A stretch of DNA of 63,979 nt, the filler included, from a bacterium (GTDB lineage Bacteria; JBBIVP01): assembly GCA_037439705.1 (NCBI GenBank). It is 8 parts of 8 records of this genome, joined end to end, with 100 filler letters (N's around TTAATTAATTAA, not from the genome) between each part and the next. Parts side by side here need not be neighbours in the genome. Positions count along the whole stretch, not along the records: positions 16,314 to 24,348 come from JBBIVP010000099.1; positions 24,449 to 32,476 come from JBBIVP010000100.1; 6 more parts are not named here. One strand, given 5' to 3'. The translations under genes were made by a program, and so were the position numbers. Positions 19,904 through 28,675 of this stretch are shown piece by piece. The notes under the pieces were generated by a model that had not been told where the DNA came from, searched no databases, and worked only from the letters and a program-made list of their open reading frames with translations. Numbering within the stretch: the stretch's first letter is position 1; every line of letters starts with the position of its first letter.

Positions 19904-21057
19904 TAGATTTCAAAATTCCTTTTGAACTCCCTGAGGAACTAAACTTATTGAGGGAAACAACCCAGAGAATAGTTCAAAAAGAGCTTATACCCCTTGAAAA
20001 GAAATTAAAAGACGGTGACAGAGTTCCTCCTGAAATTGTAAAAATGTTTAGGGACCTCGGATTCTTTGGCATCACAATTCCTCAGGAATACGGCGGAATG
20101 GGGCTCGGAATACTTGGTTACATAATTGTTCAGGAAGAACTCGGCAAAACCCTTGATGCTTTTAATCTACTGATAAGTGGAAACAATGGAATTGGTTCTC
20201 TCGGTGTTCTATATTTTGGAAGCGAAGAACAGAAGAAAAAATACCTTCCAAAAATGGCATCGGGTGAGATAATTTCAGCATTTGCTCTGACCGAGCCAGG
20301 GGCAGGTTCCGATGCTCAGAGCATAAAGACAAGGGCAGAAAGGAAAGGGGATTTTTACATACTTAACGGAACAAAGCATTTTATCACAAGGGCGGACATT
20401 GCAGATGTTTCTACGGTAATTGCTGTTACTGACCCGCAGAAAAGGGCAAGGGGAGGATTTTCAGCATTCATTGTGGAGAAGGGAATGAAGGGGTTCAGGA
20501 TTGCGAGGACGCATGAAACAATGGGTTCGGATATAGTGAAGCAGGGTGAACTTGTGTTTGAAGATTGTGAAGTGCCTGCGGAAAACCTTATAGGAAATGA
20601 AGGAGATGGATTTAAGGTGGCAATGAGTGTGCTTGCTGAAGGAAGGCTCGGAATAGGAGCAAGAGCAGTTGGTGCATCAATCAGGCTCCTTGATGAGGCA
20701 ATAAAGTATTCAAAAGAAAGAGTTCAATTCGGTCAGCCTATATGCGAATTTCAGGGAATAAGGTGGATGCTCTCAGATATGGCAACCTCTATACTTGCGA
20801 TGAGAAGCATGCTTTATTGTGTGGCATTAAGAAGAGATAAGGGAGAGGATGTGACTTCTGAGGCATCAATGGTCAAACTCTTCGCTACGGAGACCGCATG
20901 GAGAATTGCGGATATGGCTCTTCAAATCTTCGGCGGATATGGATATATGAAAGACTATCCTGTTGAAAGGCTTTTGAGGGACATAAGGTCAATGAGGATA
21001 ATAGAGGGGACATCAGAGATTCAGAGACTCGTTATAGCAAGAACTTTGCTGAAATGA
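19900..21057 (+). CDS. Acyl-CoA dehydrogenase
   Basis: FALTEPGAGSD, RVQFGQPI, QIFGGYGY, IIEGTSEIQR. Confidence 0.95.
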   Translation: MIDFKIPFELPEELNLLRETTQRIVQKELIPLEKKLKDGDRVPPEIVKMFRDLGFFGITIPQEYGGMGLGILGYIIVQEELGKTLDAFNLLISGNNGIGSLGVLYFGSEEQKKKYLPKMASGEIISAFALTEPGAGSDAQSIKTRAERKGDFYILNGTKHFITRADIADVSTVIAVTDPQKRARGGFSAFIVEKGMKGFRIARTHETMGSDIVKQGELVFEDCEVPAENLIGNEGDGFKVAMSVLAEGRLGIGARAVGASIRLLDEAIKYSKERVQFGQPICEFQGIRWMLSDMATSILAMRSMLYCVALRRDKGEDVTSEASMVKLFATETAWRIADMALQIFGGYGYMKDYPVERLLRDIRSMRIIEGTSEIQRLVIARTLLK

Positions 21058-23792
21058 GTAAGGATTACAAAGAGACACTAAATCTGCCAAAAACAGATTT
21101 TTCTATGAAAGGGGATTTACCAAGTCTTGAGCCAAAAGTTCTGAAGAAATGGGAGGAGATGAGAATATACGAAAAAATGCTTGAAAAGAGGAAGAATTCA
21201 AAAAATTTCATCCTTCACGATGGTCCTCCATACGCTAATGGGAACATTCACATGGGGCATGCCTTAAACAAAATTCTGAAAGATATAATCATAAAGTTCA
21301 AAACCCTAAAAAACTTCCGGTGCGTTTTTATCCCGGGATGGGATTGTCATGGACTTCCAATTGAACTGAAAGTGGAGGAAGAGAAGGGGAGGTTCTTAAA
21401 AGAGGACAAAATATCATTCATAAAGGAATGCAGGAACTTCGCCGGGCATTACATATCGGTTCAGAAAGAAGAGTTCAAAAGGCTTGGAGTTTTCGGGGAC
21501 TGGGAGAATCCATACAAAACGATGAGCTATCCCTATGAGGGAAAAATTCTTGAAGAATTTGGAAAAATTTTTGAAGGAGGATATGTTTACAGGGGATTAA
21601 AACCTGTTTTATGGTGCATACACTGTAAAACTGCTCTTGCAGAGGCGGAAGTTGAATATGAAGAAAAGACATCACCTTCCATATATGTAAAATTTGAACT
21701 TACAGAAGAATCAAAAGAAAAAATTGGGTTTAAGGGAGAGCGTGTTTATGTGATTATATGGACGACAACCCCATGGACACTTCCTGCAAATCTTGCAATT
21801 GCCTTTCATCCTGAATACGAGTATTCAGCTTTAAAAATTGATGGAAAAATTTTTATCCTCGCTTCCGAACTCATTCAAAAATTTGAAAAGGAAACGGGCA
21901 TTGCCGGCACAGAATTGAAGAGATTTTATGGAAAAGAGCTTGAATTTCTGAAGGCGTTTCATCCTTTTTACAGGAGGGAGTCGCTTTTCGTTCTTGCAAA
22001 TTATGTTACACTTGATGAAGGAACAGGATGCGTTCATACCGCCCCTGGACATGGAAAGGAAGACTGTGAAACAGGGATTCAATACGGACTTGACCTCTAT
22101 TCTCCTGTGGATGAAAACGGGATATTTGATTCCAGCGTTGAATTCTTCGGCGGAATGAACCTGTTTGATGCAAATCCAAAAATTATTGAGCACATGAAAA
22201 AAAATGGAAGCCTCGTAAAAGAAGGAAAAATCGTCCATTCCTACCCTCATTGCTGGAGGTGTAAAAACCCTGTAATTTTTAGAACAACCCCGCAATGGTT
22301 CATATCAGTTGATAAAAATTCCTTGAGAAAAAGGGCTCTTGAGGAGATTTCAAAGGTGAAGTGGGTTCCGCCATGGGGTATGCACAGAATAAAAGGAATG
22401 ATGGAGACAAGGTCAGACTGGTGCATATCAAGACAGAGGATATGGGGCATACCCATTCCTTCCATGAAGTGCAGGAAGTGCGAGGAAGAATATCTGGAAA
22501 TGAGGATGATTAAAAAGAGTGTAGAAATACTGAAGAACGTAGGCATTGAAGGATGGCACAAAAGGACAGTCAGGGAAATTCTTGAAGAGAATCCTAAATG
22601 TCCTAAATGCAATGAAGAGCTTGTAAAGGGAGAAAACATCCTTGATGTTTGGTTTGATTCAGGAGTGAGCCATTCAGCAGTTCTTGAAGAAAATCCCCTT
22701 CTTAGCTGGCCAGCAGATATGTATCTTGAAGGAAGTGACCAGCACAGGGGATGGTTTCATTCCTCCCTTTTAACAGCAGTGGCAACAAGGGGGATGGCTC
22801 CGTACAGAATCGTTCTGACCCACGGGTTCGTGGTTGATAAGGAAGGGAGAAAGATGGCAAAATCCTTGGGAAATGTGATAAGCCCGGATGAGATTATAGA
22901 GAAATACGGTGCAGAAATCATCAGATTGTGGGCATCAGCGGAAGATTACACTGAGGATATGAAACTTTCACAGGAGATTCTGAACGGACTTGTTGATGCT
23001 TACAGAAAAATCAGGAATACGATAAGGTTCCTGCTCGGAAATCTTTACGATTTCAATCCGGCGCTTCATTCTGTTCCTCTCAATGAACTCACGGATATTG
23101 ATAAATTCATCCTTTATAAATTGAATGAACTCATTGCAAAGGTATCAGAGGCATACGATGATTTTACATTTCATCGCGTTTACCATTCTATTTACAGATT
23201 CGCCACGGTTGAACTCAGTGCATTTTATCTTGACATCTTAAAGGACAGGCTCTACACATTCGCTCCAAATTCAAAAGAAAGAAGGTCATCGCAGACTGCC
23301 TTTTATCACATTCTAAGAACATTGCTCATCATTCTATCTCCCATCCTTTCCTTCACCTGCGAGGAAGCATGGGGATACATCCCGGGAGAAAAATCAGAAA
23401 GCGTGTTTCTTGAGGACTTTCCGGAAAGAATTCCGGTTGAAGTAAGTGATGAGTTTGTAAGAGAACATGAAAAACTCCTTGAAATGAGAGACCGCGTTCT
23501 GAAAGCTTTAGAGATAGCAAGAAACTCAAAACTCATAAGGAGCTCTCTTGAAGCGGAAATTATTATAAAATCAAAAGGAGATGAGCGAAAACTTCTTGAA
23601 AAATACAGGGACTTTCTCCCAACCCTTTTCATCGTTTCAAAGGTCCAGGTTGAAGAAGGAAAGGATTTTGAAATAAAGGTTGAAAGGGCTAAGGGGAAAA
23701 AATGTGCCAGGTGCTGGAACTACAGCGAAGAGGTAGGAAATTTTGACCCACCCGATGTGTGTGAGAGGTGCATAAGGGTTTTAAAAACTTGA
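21054..23792 (+). CDS. ileS: Isoleucyl-tRNA synthetase (type 1)
   Basis: HDGPPYANG, HMGH, WTTTPWTLP, EGSDQHRGWF, KMAKS, C-terminal CARC..CERC zinc finger. Confidence 0.98.
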   Translation: MSKDYKETLNLPKTDFSMKGDLPSLEPKVLKKWEEMRIYEKMLEKRKNSKNFILHDGPPYANGNIHMGHALNKILKDIIIKFKTLKNFRCVFIPGWDCHGLPIELKVEEEKGRFLKEDKISFIKECRNFAGHYISVQKEEFKRLGVFGDWENPYKTMSYPYEGKILEEFGKIFEGGYVYRGLKPVLWCIHCKTALAEAEVEYEEKTSPSIYVKFELTEESKEKIGFKGERVYVIIWTTTPWTLPANLAIAFHPEYEYSALKIDGKIFILASELIQKFEKETGIAGTELKRFYGKELEFLKAFHPFYRRESLFVLANYVTLDEGTGCVHTAPGHGKEDCETGIQYGLDLYSPVDENGIFDSSVEFFGGMNLFDANPKIIEHMKKNGSLVKEGKIVHSYPHCWRCKNPVIFRTTPQWFISVDKNSLRKRALEEISKVKWVPPWGMHRIKGMMETRSDWCISRQRIWGIPIPSMKCRKCEEEYLEMRMIKKSVEILKNVGIEGWHKRTVREILEENPKCPKCNEELVKGENILDVWFDSGVSHSAVLEENPLLSWPADMYLEGSDQHRGWFHSSLLTAVATRGMAPYRIVLTHGFVVDKEGRKMAKSLGNVISPDEIIEKYGAEIIRLWASAEDYTEDMKLSQEILNGLVDAYRKIRNTIRFLLGNLYDFNPALHSVPLNELTDIDKFILYKLNELIAKVSEAYDDFTFHRVYHSIYRFATVELSAFYLDILKDRLYTFAPNSKERRSSQTAFYHILRTLLIILSPILSFTCEEAWGYIPGEKSESVFLEDFPERIPVEVSDEFVREHEKLLEMRDRVLKALEIARNSKLIRSSLEAEIIIKSKGDERKLLEKYRDFLPTLFIVSKVQVEEGKDFEIKVERAKGKKCARCWNYSEEVGNFDPPDVCERCIRVLKT

Positions 23793-24262
23793 AGGGAATA
23801 AAAAATAGAATCATACTTGTATGCGCGATTGTTTCTGTTACCCTCTTTTCTGACCTTTATACAAAATTCTTAATAATAAAAAATGTGGAAAGAACTGAAA
23901 CGACAAAAGTTATACCAGGATTTCTCAATATCGTCCATGTAAAAAATAAGGGGATTGTCTTCGGAATTTTTAATACTGAGAAACATCCTGTAAGGCCATT
24001 CCTCGCGGTCTTTTCAATCCTTGCTCTCGTCGTAATAATTTATTTGCTGGTAAAGAATATTGATCAGCTTTTTGAAACAATTGTATTTTCAATAATTCTG
24101 GGAAGCGCGCTCGGAAATTTGGGTGAGAGATTTTTCAGAGGAGAGGTCACAGACTTTATAGATATGCACCTTGGCAGGTACCACTGGCCATCTTATAACC
24201 TTGCGGATGCTTTTCTTACCATCTCAATAGGGCTCTTAATTTTAAAATCATTAAAGAAATAA
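23789..24262 (+). CDS. lspA: Lipoprotein signal peptidase II
   Basis: NKGIVFG, GSALGNL, VTDFID, WPSYNLAD; follows ileS; TTG start at 23789 overlaps the ileS stop. Confidence 0.92.
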   Translation: MKGIKNRIILVCAIVSVTLFSDLYTKFLIIKNVERTETTKVIPGFLNIVHVKNKGIVFGIFNTEKHPVRPFLAVFSILALVVIIYLLVKNIDQLFETIVFSIILGSALGNLGERFFRGEVTDFIDMHLGRYHWPSYNLADAFLTISIGLLILKSLKK

Positions 24263-24348
24263 AAAAGAAGGAGTTTCCCAAAAGCATTTTTAATGTAGTG
24301 TACATATACATCGTTAGCAGTCTGTAAGTGTTTTTGAGGGGCTTCGCC

Positions 24349-24448
24349 NNNNNNNNNNNNNNNNNNNNNNNNNNNNNNNNNNNNNNNNNNNNTTAATTAA
24401 TTAANNNNNNNNNNNNNNNNNNNNNNNNNNNNNNNNNNNNNNNNNNNN
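24349..24448. other. Artificial contig linker
   Basis: N-TTAATTAATTAA-N, 100 nt. Confidence 0.99.
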
Positions 24449-24755
24449 TTCTTTTCAAAAAGGGCATATCAAAGGGGAACAATATATATTTTTCACAGGA
24501 ATAGGTTTTTATTCCAGAAACTAAACCCGCAAGAGGTCCTCTATCTTCAAGCACATCAGGGACAGCCTTAACATCAAACCCTTCTACTCTTATATCAGCT
24601 CTTCCAGCAAGTATTACCTCATCACACACAGAGGAAAGCTCGCCAAGGAGAACGAGGAGAATTTTTTTTCCGTTAAGTATAATATCAAGCTTACTTCTGC
24701 CAAACCTCCTTCCTTTGCCTCCTACAAGTAATATCCCGCATATTTCATTACTCAC
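24449..24755 (-). CDS. mobA: Molybdenum cofactor guanylyltransferase (3' truncated)
   Basis: GILLVGGKGRRFG..K, GPLAGL, FDMPFL. Confidence 0.85.
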
Positions 24756-26140
24756 AGATCATATACCTCCTTATCTTCTTTTATCAGGGATATTCCGTAT
24801 TTCTTTGCCTTCTTCCAGAAAGTTTTTCGTGATATACCGAGCATTCGTGAAGCATCTGTCACCTTTTTTCCTGCTCTTATATAGGCGTTCCAGACGGTTT
24901 TTCTCTCGCATTCTTCCACTATCTCCTTTAAGGACTTTCCTTTCCGTGAACTTTCAGAAGTGTGGGGTATGAAGTTTTTATTTCTGAGGTAAGATGGCAG
25001 GCTTTCAATTCCTATTCTGTTTTTTCCAAATGCCATTATGTGTTCAACGATGTTTTTTAGTTCCCGAACATTTCCTGGGAAGTTATGTTCTGTAAGGATG
25101 TCCATTACCACCGGGTCAATTTCAGGAAAATCCCGCCCCAATTCAATGCACTTTTCTTTTATGAAATGGCTTAGAAGAAATGGTATATCATCCTTTCGTT
25201 CTCTTAGAGGAGGAATCTCTATGTGGATTACATTTATTCTATAAAACAGGTCTTTTCGGAAGAGTCCTTTACTTACCATGGATTCAAGGTCTCTGTTGGT
25301 TGCACATATAAGTCTGAAGTCCACTTTCCTTTTGGTAGTTCCTCCAAGTGGTTCCACCATTTTTTCCTCCAGCACCCTGAGAAGCTTTGCCTGAGAGAAG
25401 AGGGGAAGGTCTCCTATTTCATCAAGAAAAAGGGTTCCGCCGTTTGCAAGTTCAATTTTACCTTTTTTGTTGCATACAGCCCCTGTAAATGCTCCTTTTA
25501 CATATCCGAACAACTCGCTTTCAATGAGATTTTCAGGAACTGCTCCGCAGTTTACAGCAACGAAATCCCATTTATATATGGTGTTTGTGCGGTGAATTAC
25601 TTTTGCCACCAGTTCTTTGCCTGTTCCTGTTTCTCCTGTTATAAGCACACTCGCTGGAGAATCCCTCAAAGATTCTATGGTTTCTACTACCTTTCTTATT
25701 CTTCTGGAAATTCCTATTATTCCGTAATAATTGTGCGCTTCAGTGTCCATTTTTACCTCTTTAAGCATTCTCTCAAGGGAAAGGTGATCAAGGGCTCTTT
25801 TCGCAATAATTTTCAGTTCTTCCACATCAAAGGGCTTTGTAAGATAGTGATATGCTCCTGCTTTGAGCATATTCACCGCGTTTTCTACACTTCCGTATGC
25901 AGTGATTATAATAACCTTTGTTGAGGGGTCTTTATTGATTATTTCCTTAAAAATTTCTTCTCCTGAAAGATGAGGAAGTTTGAGGTCAAGGAGTATAAGG
26001 TCAAACTGTTCTTCCTCAATGAGAGAACGTGCTTTCAAACCATCCTCTGCACTGTAAACCGTGAACCCCTCCTCTTCAAAAGCGGTTGTCATTGCGAGAA
26101 GCATGGACTTTTCATCATCTGCTATCAGAATTTTTTTCAT
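24752..26140 (-). CDS. Sigma-54-dependent response regulator (NtrC family; AioR/ArxR-like role)
   Basis: Receiver domain (ADDE, LLDL), [21 protein letters not shown]-terminal Fis HTH. Confidence 0.93.
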   Translation of the reverse strand: MKKILIADDEKSMLLAMTTAFEEEGFTVYSAEDGLKARSLIEEEQFDLILLDLKLPHLSGEEIFKEIINKDPSTKVIIITAYGSVENAVNMLKAGAYHYLTKPFDVEELKIIAKRALDHLSLERMLKEVKMDTEAHNYYGIIGISRRIRKVVETIESLRDSPASVLITGETGTGKELVAKVIHRTNTIYKWDFVAVNCGAVPENLIESELFGYVKGAFTGAVCNKKGKIELANGGTLFLDEIGDLPLFSQAKLLRVLEEKMVEPLGGTTKRKVDFRLICATNRDLESMVSKGLFRKDLFYRINVIHIEIPPLRERKDDIPFLLSHFIKEKCIELGRDFPEIDPVVMDILTEHNFPGNVRELKNIVEHIMAFGKNRIGIESLPSYLRNKNFIPHTSESSRKGKSLKEIVEECERKTVWNAYIRAGKKVTDASRMLGISRKTFWKKAKKYGISLIKEDKEVYDL

Positions 26141-26142
26141 TT

Positions 26143-27615
26143 TTATTCCTCCTTAACTGGGAGCAGGATTTTCACTGTGGTGCCAACATTCTCAATGCTC
26201 TCTACATATAGCTCTCCCCCGTGTTTTTCAATTATCCTCAGGCTCAAAGGCAATCCCAGTCCTGTCCCCATACCTGCTGGTTTTGTGGTGAAGAAGGGGT
26301 CAAATATGCGATGTTTTATTGTGGCTGGAATGCCGTCTCCGTTATCTGTTATTGTTATATGAACCATCCCGTTATTGAGGGTTCCTTCTATGATAATTTT
26401 TCCGTCTGGTTTATCTTTTATCGCATATAGAGCGTTCAACAAGATGTTCATTATAACTTCCTGGAGTTGCTCTTTATTTCCATATACAATACCTCCTGAT
26501 GGAGGTAAATGGTCTACAAAATGTAACAGGGTTTCAGAAGTGGTTGAAGGTATGAGTAAAAGAGAGTTCTTGATTAAATCTCTTATGTTAATATTCTCTA
26601 TAAGCCCATCATCCTCCTTTCTTGTGTAATCAAGAAGGCGTCTTACAATATTTTGAACTCTGTCTAAGGATTCAAAAATTACCCTGAAATACTCTTCCCT
26701 TTTCTCTTCTGGCAGTTCCTTGGTTTTAAGTATTTTTAATAAGTTGTATATTCCGCTTAAAGGATTGTTAAGTTCGTGTGCAAGTCCAGCGGAAAGTGTT
26801 CCAATGGCAGTAAACTTTTCAGTTTGAAGGAGTTTTTCAAATGTCTTTTCAAGTTCTGCTTTTGACTTTTCAAGATTTTCTACCATTCTGTTGAAGTTTG
26901 TTCCAAGGGTTTCAAGTTCGTCGCCTGTATTTATGTTAATTCTTTGTGAGAAATCTCCTATACCAACTAAGTTTGTTGCTGAAACGATTTCATTTATTGG
27001 TTTTGTTATTTTTGATGAGAGATAGGTGGATATCCCTATTGCTATAATAAAAAGAAAGAGGGTGATTGCTGAGAATATGTAGTTGATTTGATTTATTACA
27101 CTTTTTATATAATCCGTGGAAAAGCCCATATGAAGTTCTGCTTCATTGTTTAGTGGGAGCGCTGTCTTTATGTGGTAAATTTTCTTTTTATCTGCTTTGA
27201 AGGAGATGTAGTTCATTCCTTCGTATGTTTTCCAGCGAATGTTTCCATCGCTGAGTTTGAGCAGGTCAATGGGAAATCCCTTTATAAATGTGTGCGACAG
27301 AATTTTGTTTCTGTCCTTCAACAAGTAGATGTACAGGATATCTGGATCGGAACTCTTTGTTTCTTTTAATATATGTGAAATGGTGGATGTGTTTTCAGTG
27401 AGCATCGGGTTGGTTATTGAGGATGAGATGTGTTTCATAATTCCAGAAAAGCGAGCCAAAAATTCAGTTTCCAGTTCCTTTACCATTATTGTGTGCACAT
27501 AGAGGTATTCGGTAAGGCGCATCAGGAGAACTACTCCCGCGGTGATGCCAATTATTTTCCACCTGAGCGGGACACGAGTTATCTGAAGTTTTTTAAACAT
27601 TCTTTTCACTTTCAA
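26143..27615 (-). CDS. Sensor histidine kinase (two TM helices, periplasmic domain, HAMP)
   Basis: AHELNNPL H-box, NILLNA, DNGDGI, FDPFFTTK, GTGLGL. Confidence 0.93.
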   Translation of the reverse strand: MKVKRMFKKLQITRVPLRWKIIGITAGVVLLMRLTEYLYVHTIMVKELETEFLARFSGIMKHISSSITNPMLTENTSTISHILKETKSSDPDILYIYLLKDRNKILSHTFIKGFPIDLLKLSDGNIRWKTYEGMNYISFKADKKKIYHIKTALPLNNEAELHMGFSTDYIKSVINQINYIFSAITLFLFIIAIGISTYLSSKITKPINEIVSATNLVGIGDFSQRININTGDELETLGTNFNRMVENLEKSKAELEKTFEKLLQTEKFTAIGTLSAGLAHELNNPLSGIYNLLKILKTKELPEEKREEYFRVIFESLDRVQNIVRRLLDYTRKEDDGLIENINIRDLIKNSLLLIPSTTSETLLHFVDHLPPSGGIVYGNKEQLQEVIMNILLNALYAIKDKPDGKIIIEGTLNNGMVHITITDNGDGIPATIKHRIFDPFFTTKPAGMGTGLGLPLSLRIIEKHGGELYVESIENVGTTVKILLPVKEE

Positions 27616-28517
27616 AATCCTCTTTCACTCACGAATTTAAAAATTTCCTCGGAATTTTTGTAAGAGAGCATTGAGGGAGGTTCAAATCTGTCAAAGTGCA
27701 GCTTTTCAAGAATTTTTGCTCCTTCTTTATCGGTGTGCATATTAATAAGGATTTCCCTTACCTTTTGATAGAGCGGTTTTTTATACCCTGCTTTCATTAC
27801 AACCGGAGGGATACCGAAAGGAGGTGATTCTTCAATAATTCTTACCCCTTTCACAATCTCAGGGTGGTCCTTTATGTAATATTTGAAAATTATATTATCC
27901 ACACCAGCGGCATCAACAATTCCCTGAGCAACCATCTCAATTGATGAGTCGTGGGAGCCTGAAAATATGGTTTTTGTAAAAAACATTTCCGGGAGATAGC
28001 CTGATTTAAGAACACGATAAATGGGGTAGATTTTTCCTGTAAGCGATAAAGAATCTACAAACGCAAAACTTTTTCCCTTCAGATCTTCAAATGAATTTAT
28101 ATTAGAATCTCTTCTGACAATTATTAAAGAATTATATGTTTTTTTTCCATCAACTACGGGAACTGCAAGGATTCTTACAGGAATTTCATTTTTGAGTTTG
28201 ATGTATGCTCCTGTGCATATAAAGGCAATATCCACTCCTCCAAGTTTTATGAGGTCATTCATCTGAGAGTAAGTGGAGCGCTGAATCATGGAGGCTGGCA
28301 TATTCAGCTTTCTGCCTATGTACTCTATTAGTTCAGCGTAGTAGTAGATATTCTGTGAGGGGGTAAGCATAGTTGCTATTCCGAACCTAAAGTCTTTTTC
28401 ATTCCCTTCTTCTGGGTTGAGTATGACTTTCTTTTCAAGATCCACCTCTAAGGGGGTGTCATTCATTTTACATCCTGAGAAGAGCAAAAGAAATATCACA
28501 GGGAAAACTATCTTCAT
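27612..28517 (-). CDS. PhnD-fold oxyanion-binding lipoprotein (AioX/ArxX-like sensor partner)
   Basis: Lipobox FSGC, QRSTY, AFICTGAY, FAFVDSLSLTG, SHDSSI; coupled to a kinase with no ABC permease/ATPase in the operon. Confidence 0.85.
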   Translation of the reverse strand: MKIVFPVIFLLLFSGCKMNDTPLEVDLEKKVILNPEEGNEKDFRFGIATMLTPSQNIYYYAELIEYIGRKLNMPASMIQRSTYSQMNDLIKLGGVDIAFICTGAYIKLKNEIPVRILAVPVVDGKKTYNSLIIVRRDSNINSFEDLKGKSFAFVDSLSLTGKIYPIYRVLKSGYLPEMFFTKTIFSGSHDSSIEMVAQGIVDAAGVDNIIFKYYIKDHPEIVKGVRIIEESPPFGIPPVVMKAGYKKPLYQKVREILINMHTDKEGAKILEKLHFDRFEPPSMLSYKNSEEIFKFVSERGF

Positions 28518-28527
28518 TTTGATATAA

Positions 28528-28556
28528 AGTCTATTTCAACAATAAAATAATGTCAA
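28528..28556 (-). promoter_or_regulatory. Sigma-70 promoter for the binding protein-kinase-regulator-mobA operon
   Basis: TTGACA-N17-TAGACT; predicted start only a few nt before ATG 28517, no SD. Confidence 0.6.
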
Positions 28557-28558
28557 TT

Positions 28559-28597
28559 TGTTTCCAAAAAGCAACGCTATGTTCCCGATAAGAAACA
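28559..28597. promoter_or_regulatory. Tandem enhancer (UAS)-like palindromes
   Basis: TGTTTCCAAAAAGCAACG and TGTTCCCGATAAGAAACA, 21 bp apart centre to centre. Confidence 0.55.
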
Positions 28598-28625
28598 TTT
28601 GTTTAACTTTTTTAAATAATTTTTC

Positions 28626-28640
28626 TGGCACGAATTTTTA
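28626..28640 (+). promoter_or_regulatory. Sigma-54 promoter candidate (perfect -24, atypical -12)
   Basis: TGGCACG-AATT-TTTA versus consensus TGGCACG-N4-TTGC; adjacent to a sigma-54 activator gene. Confidence 0.55.
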
Positions 28641-28675
28641 AACTCTCGTATTGAGAGAATGATTAAGGAGGTGAT

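Noticed and set aside
22851-22865. IleRS KMSKS motif reading KMAKS
   Set aside because: Single conservative change with the catalytic Lys intact; cannot be told apart from natural variation or error
24336-24348. GAGGGGCTTCGCC half-hairpin at the contig end
   Set aside because: Truncated by the linker; cannot distinguish a terminator from a dispersed repeat
25223-25924. 233-aa plus-strand ORF
   Set aside because: Antisense shadow of the sigma-54 regulator with non-protein-like composition
27612-28517. Phosphonate ABC uptake system (phnCDE)
   Set aside because: No ATPase or permease; the gene is coupled to a histidine kinase, which fits a sensory role
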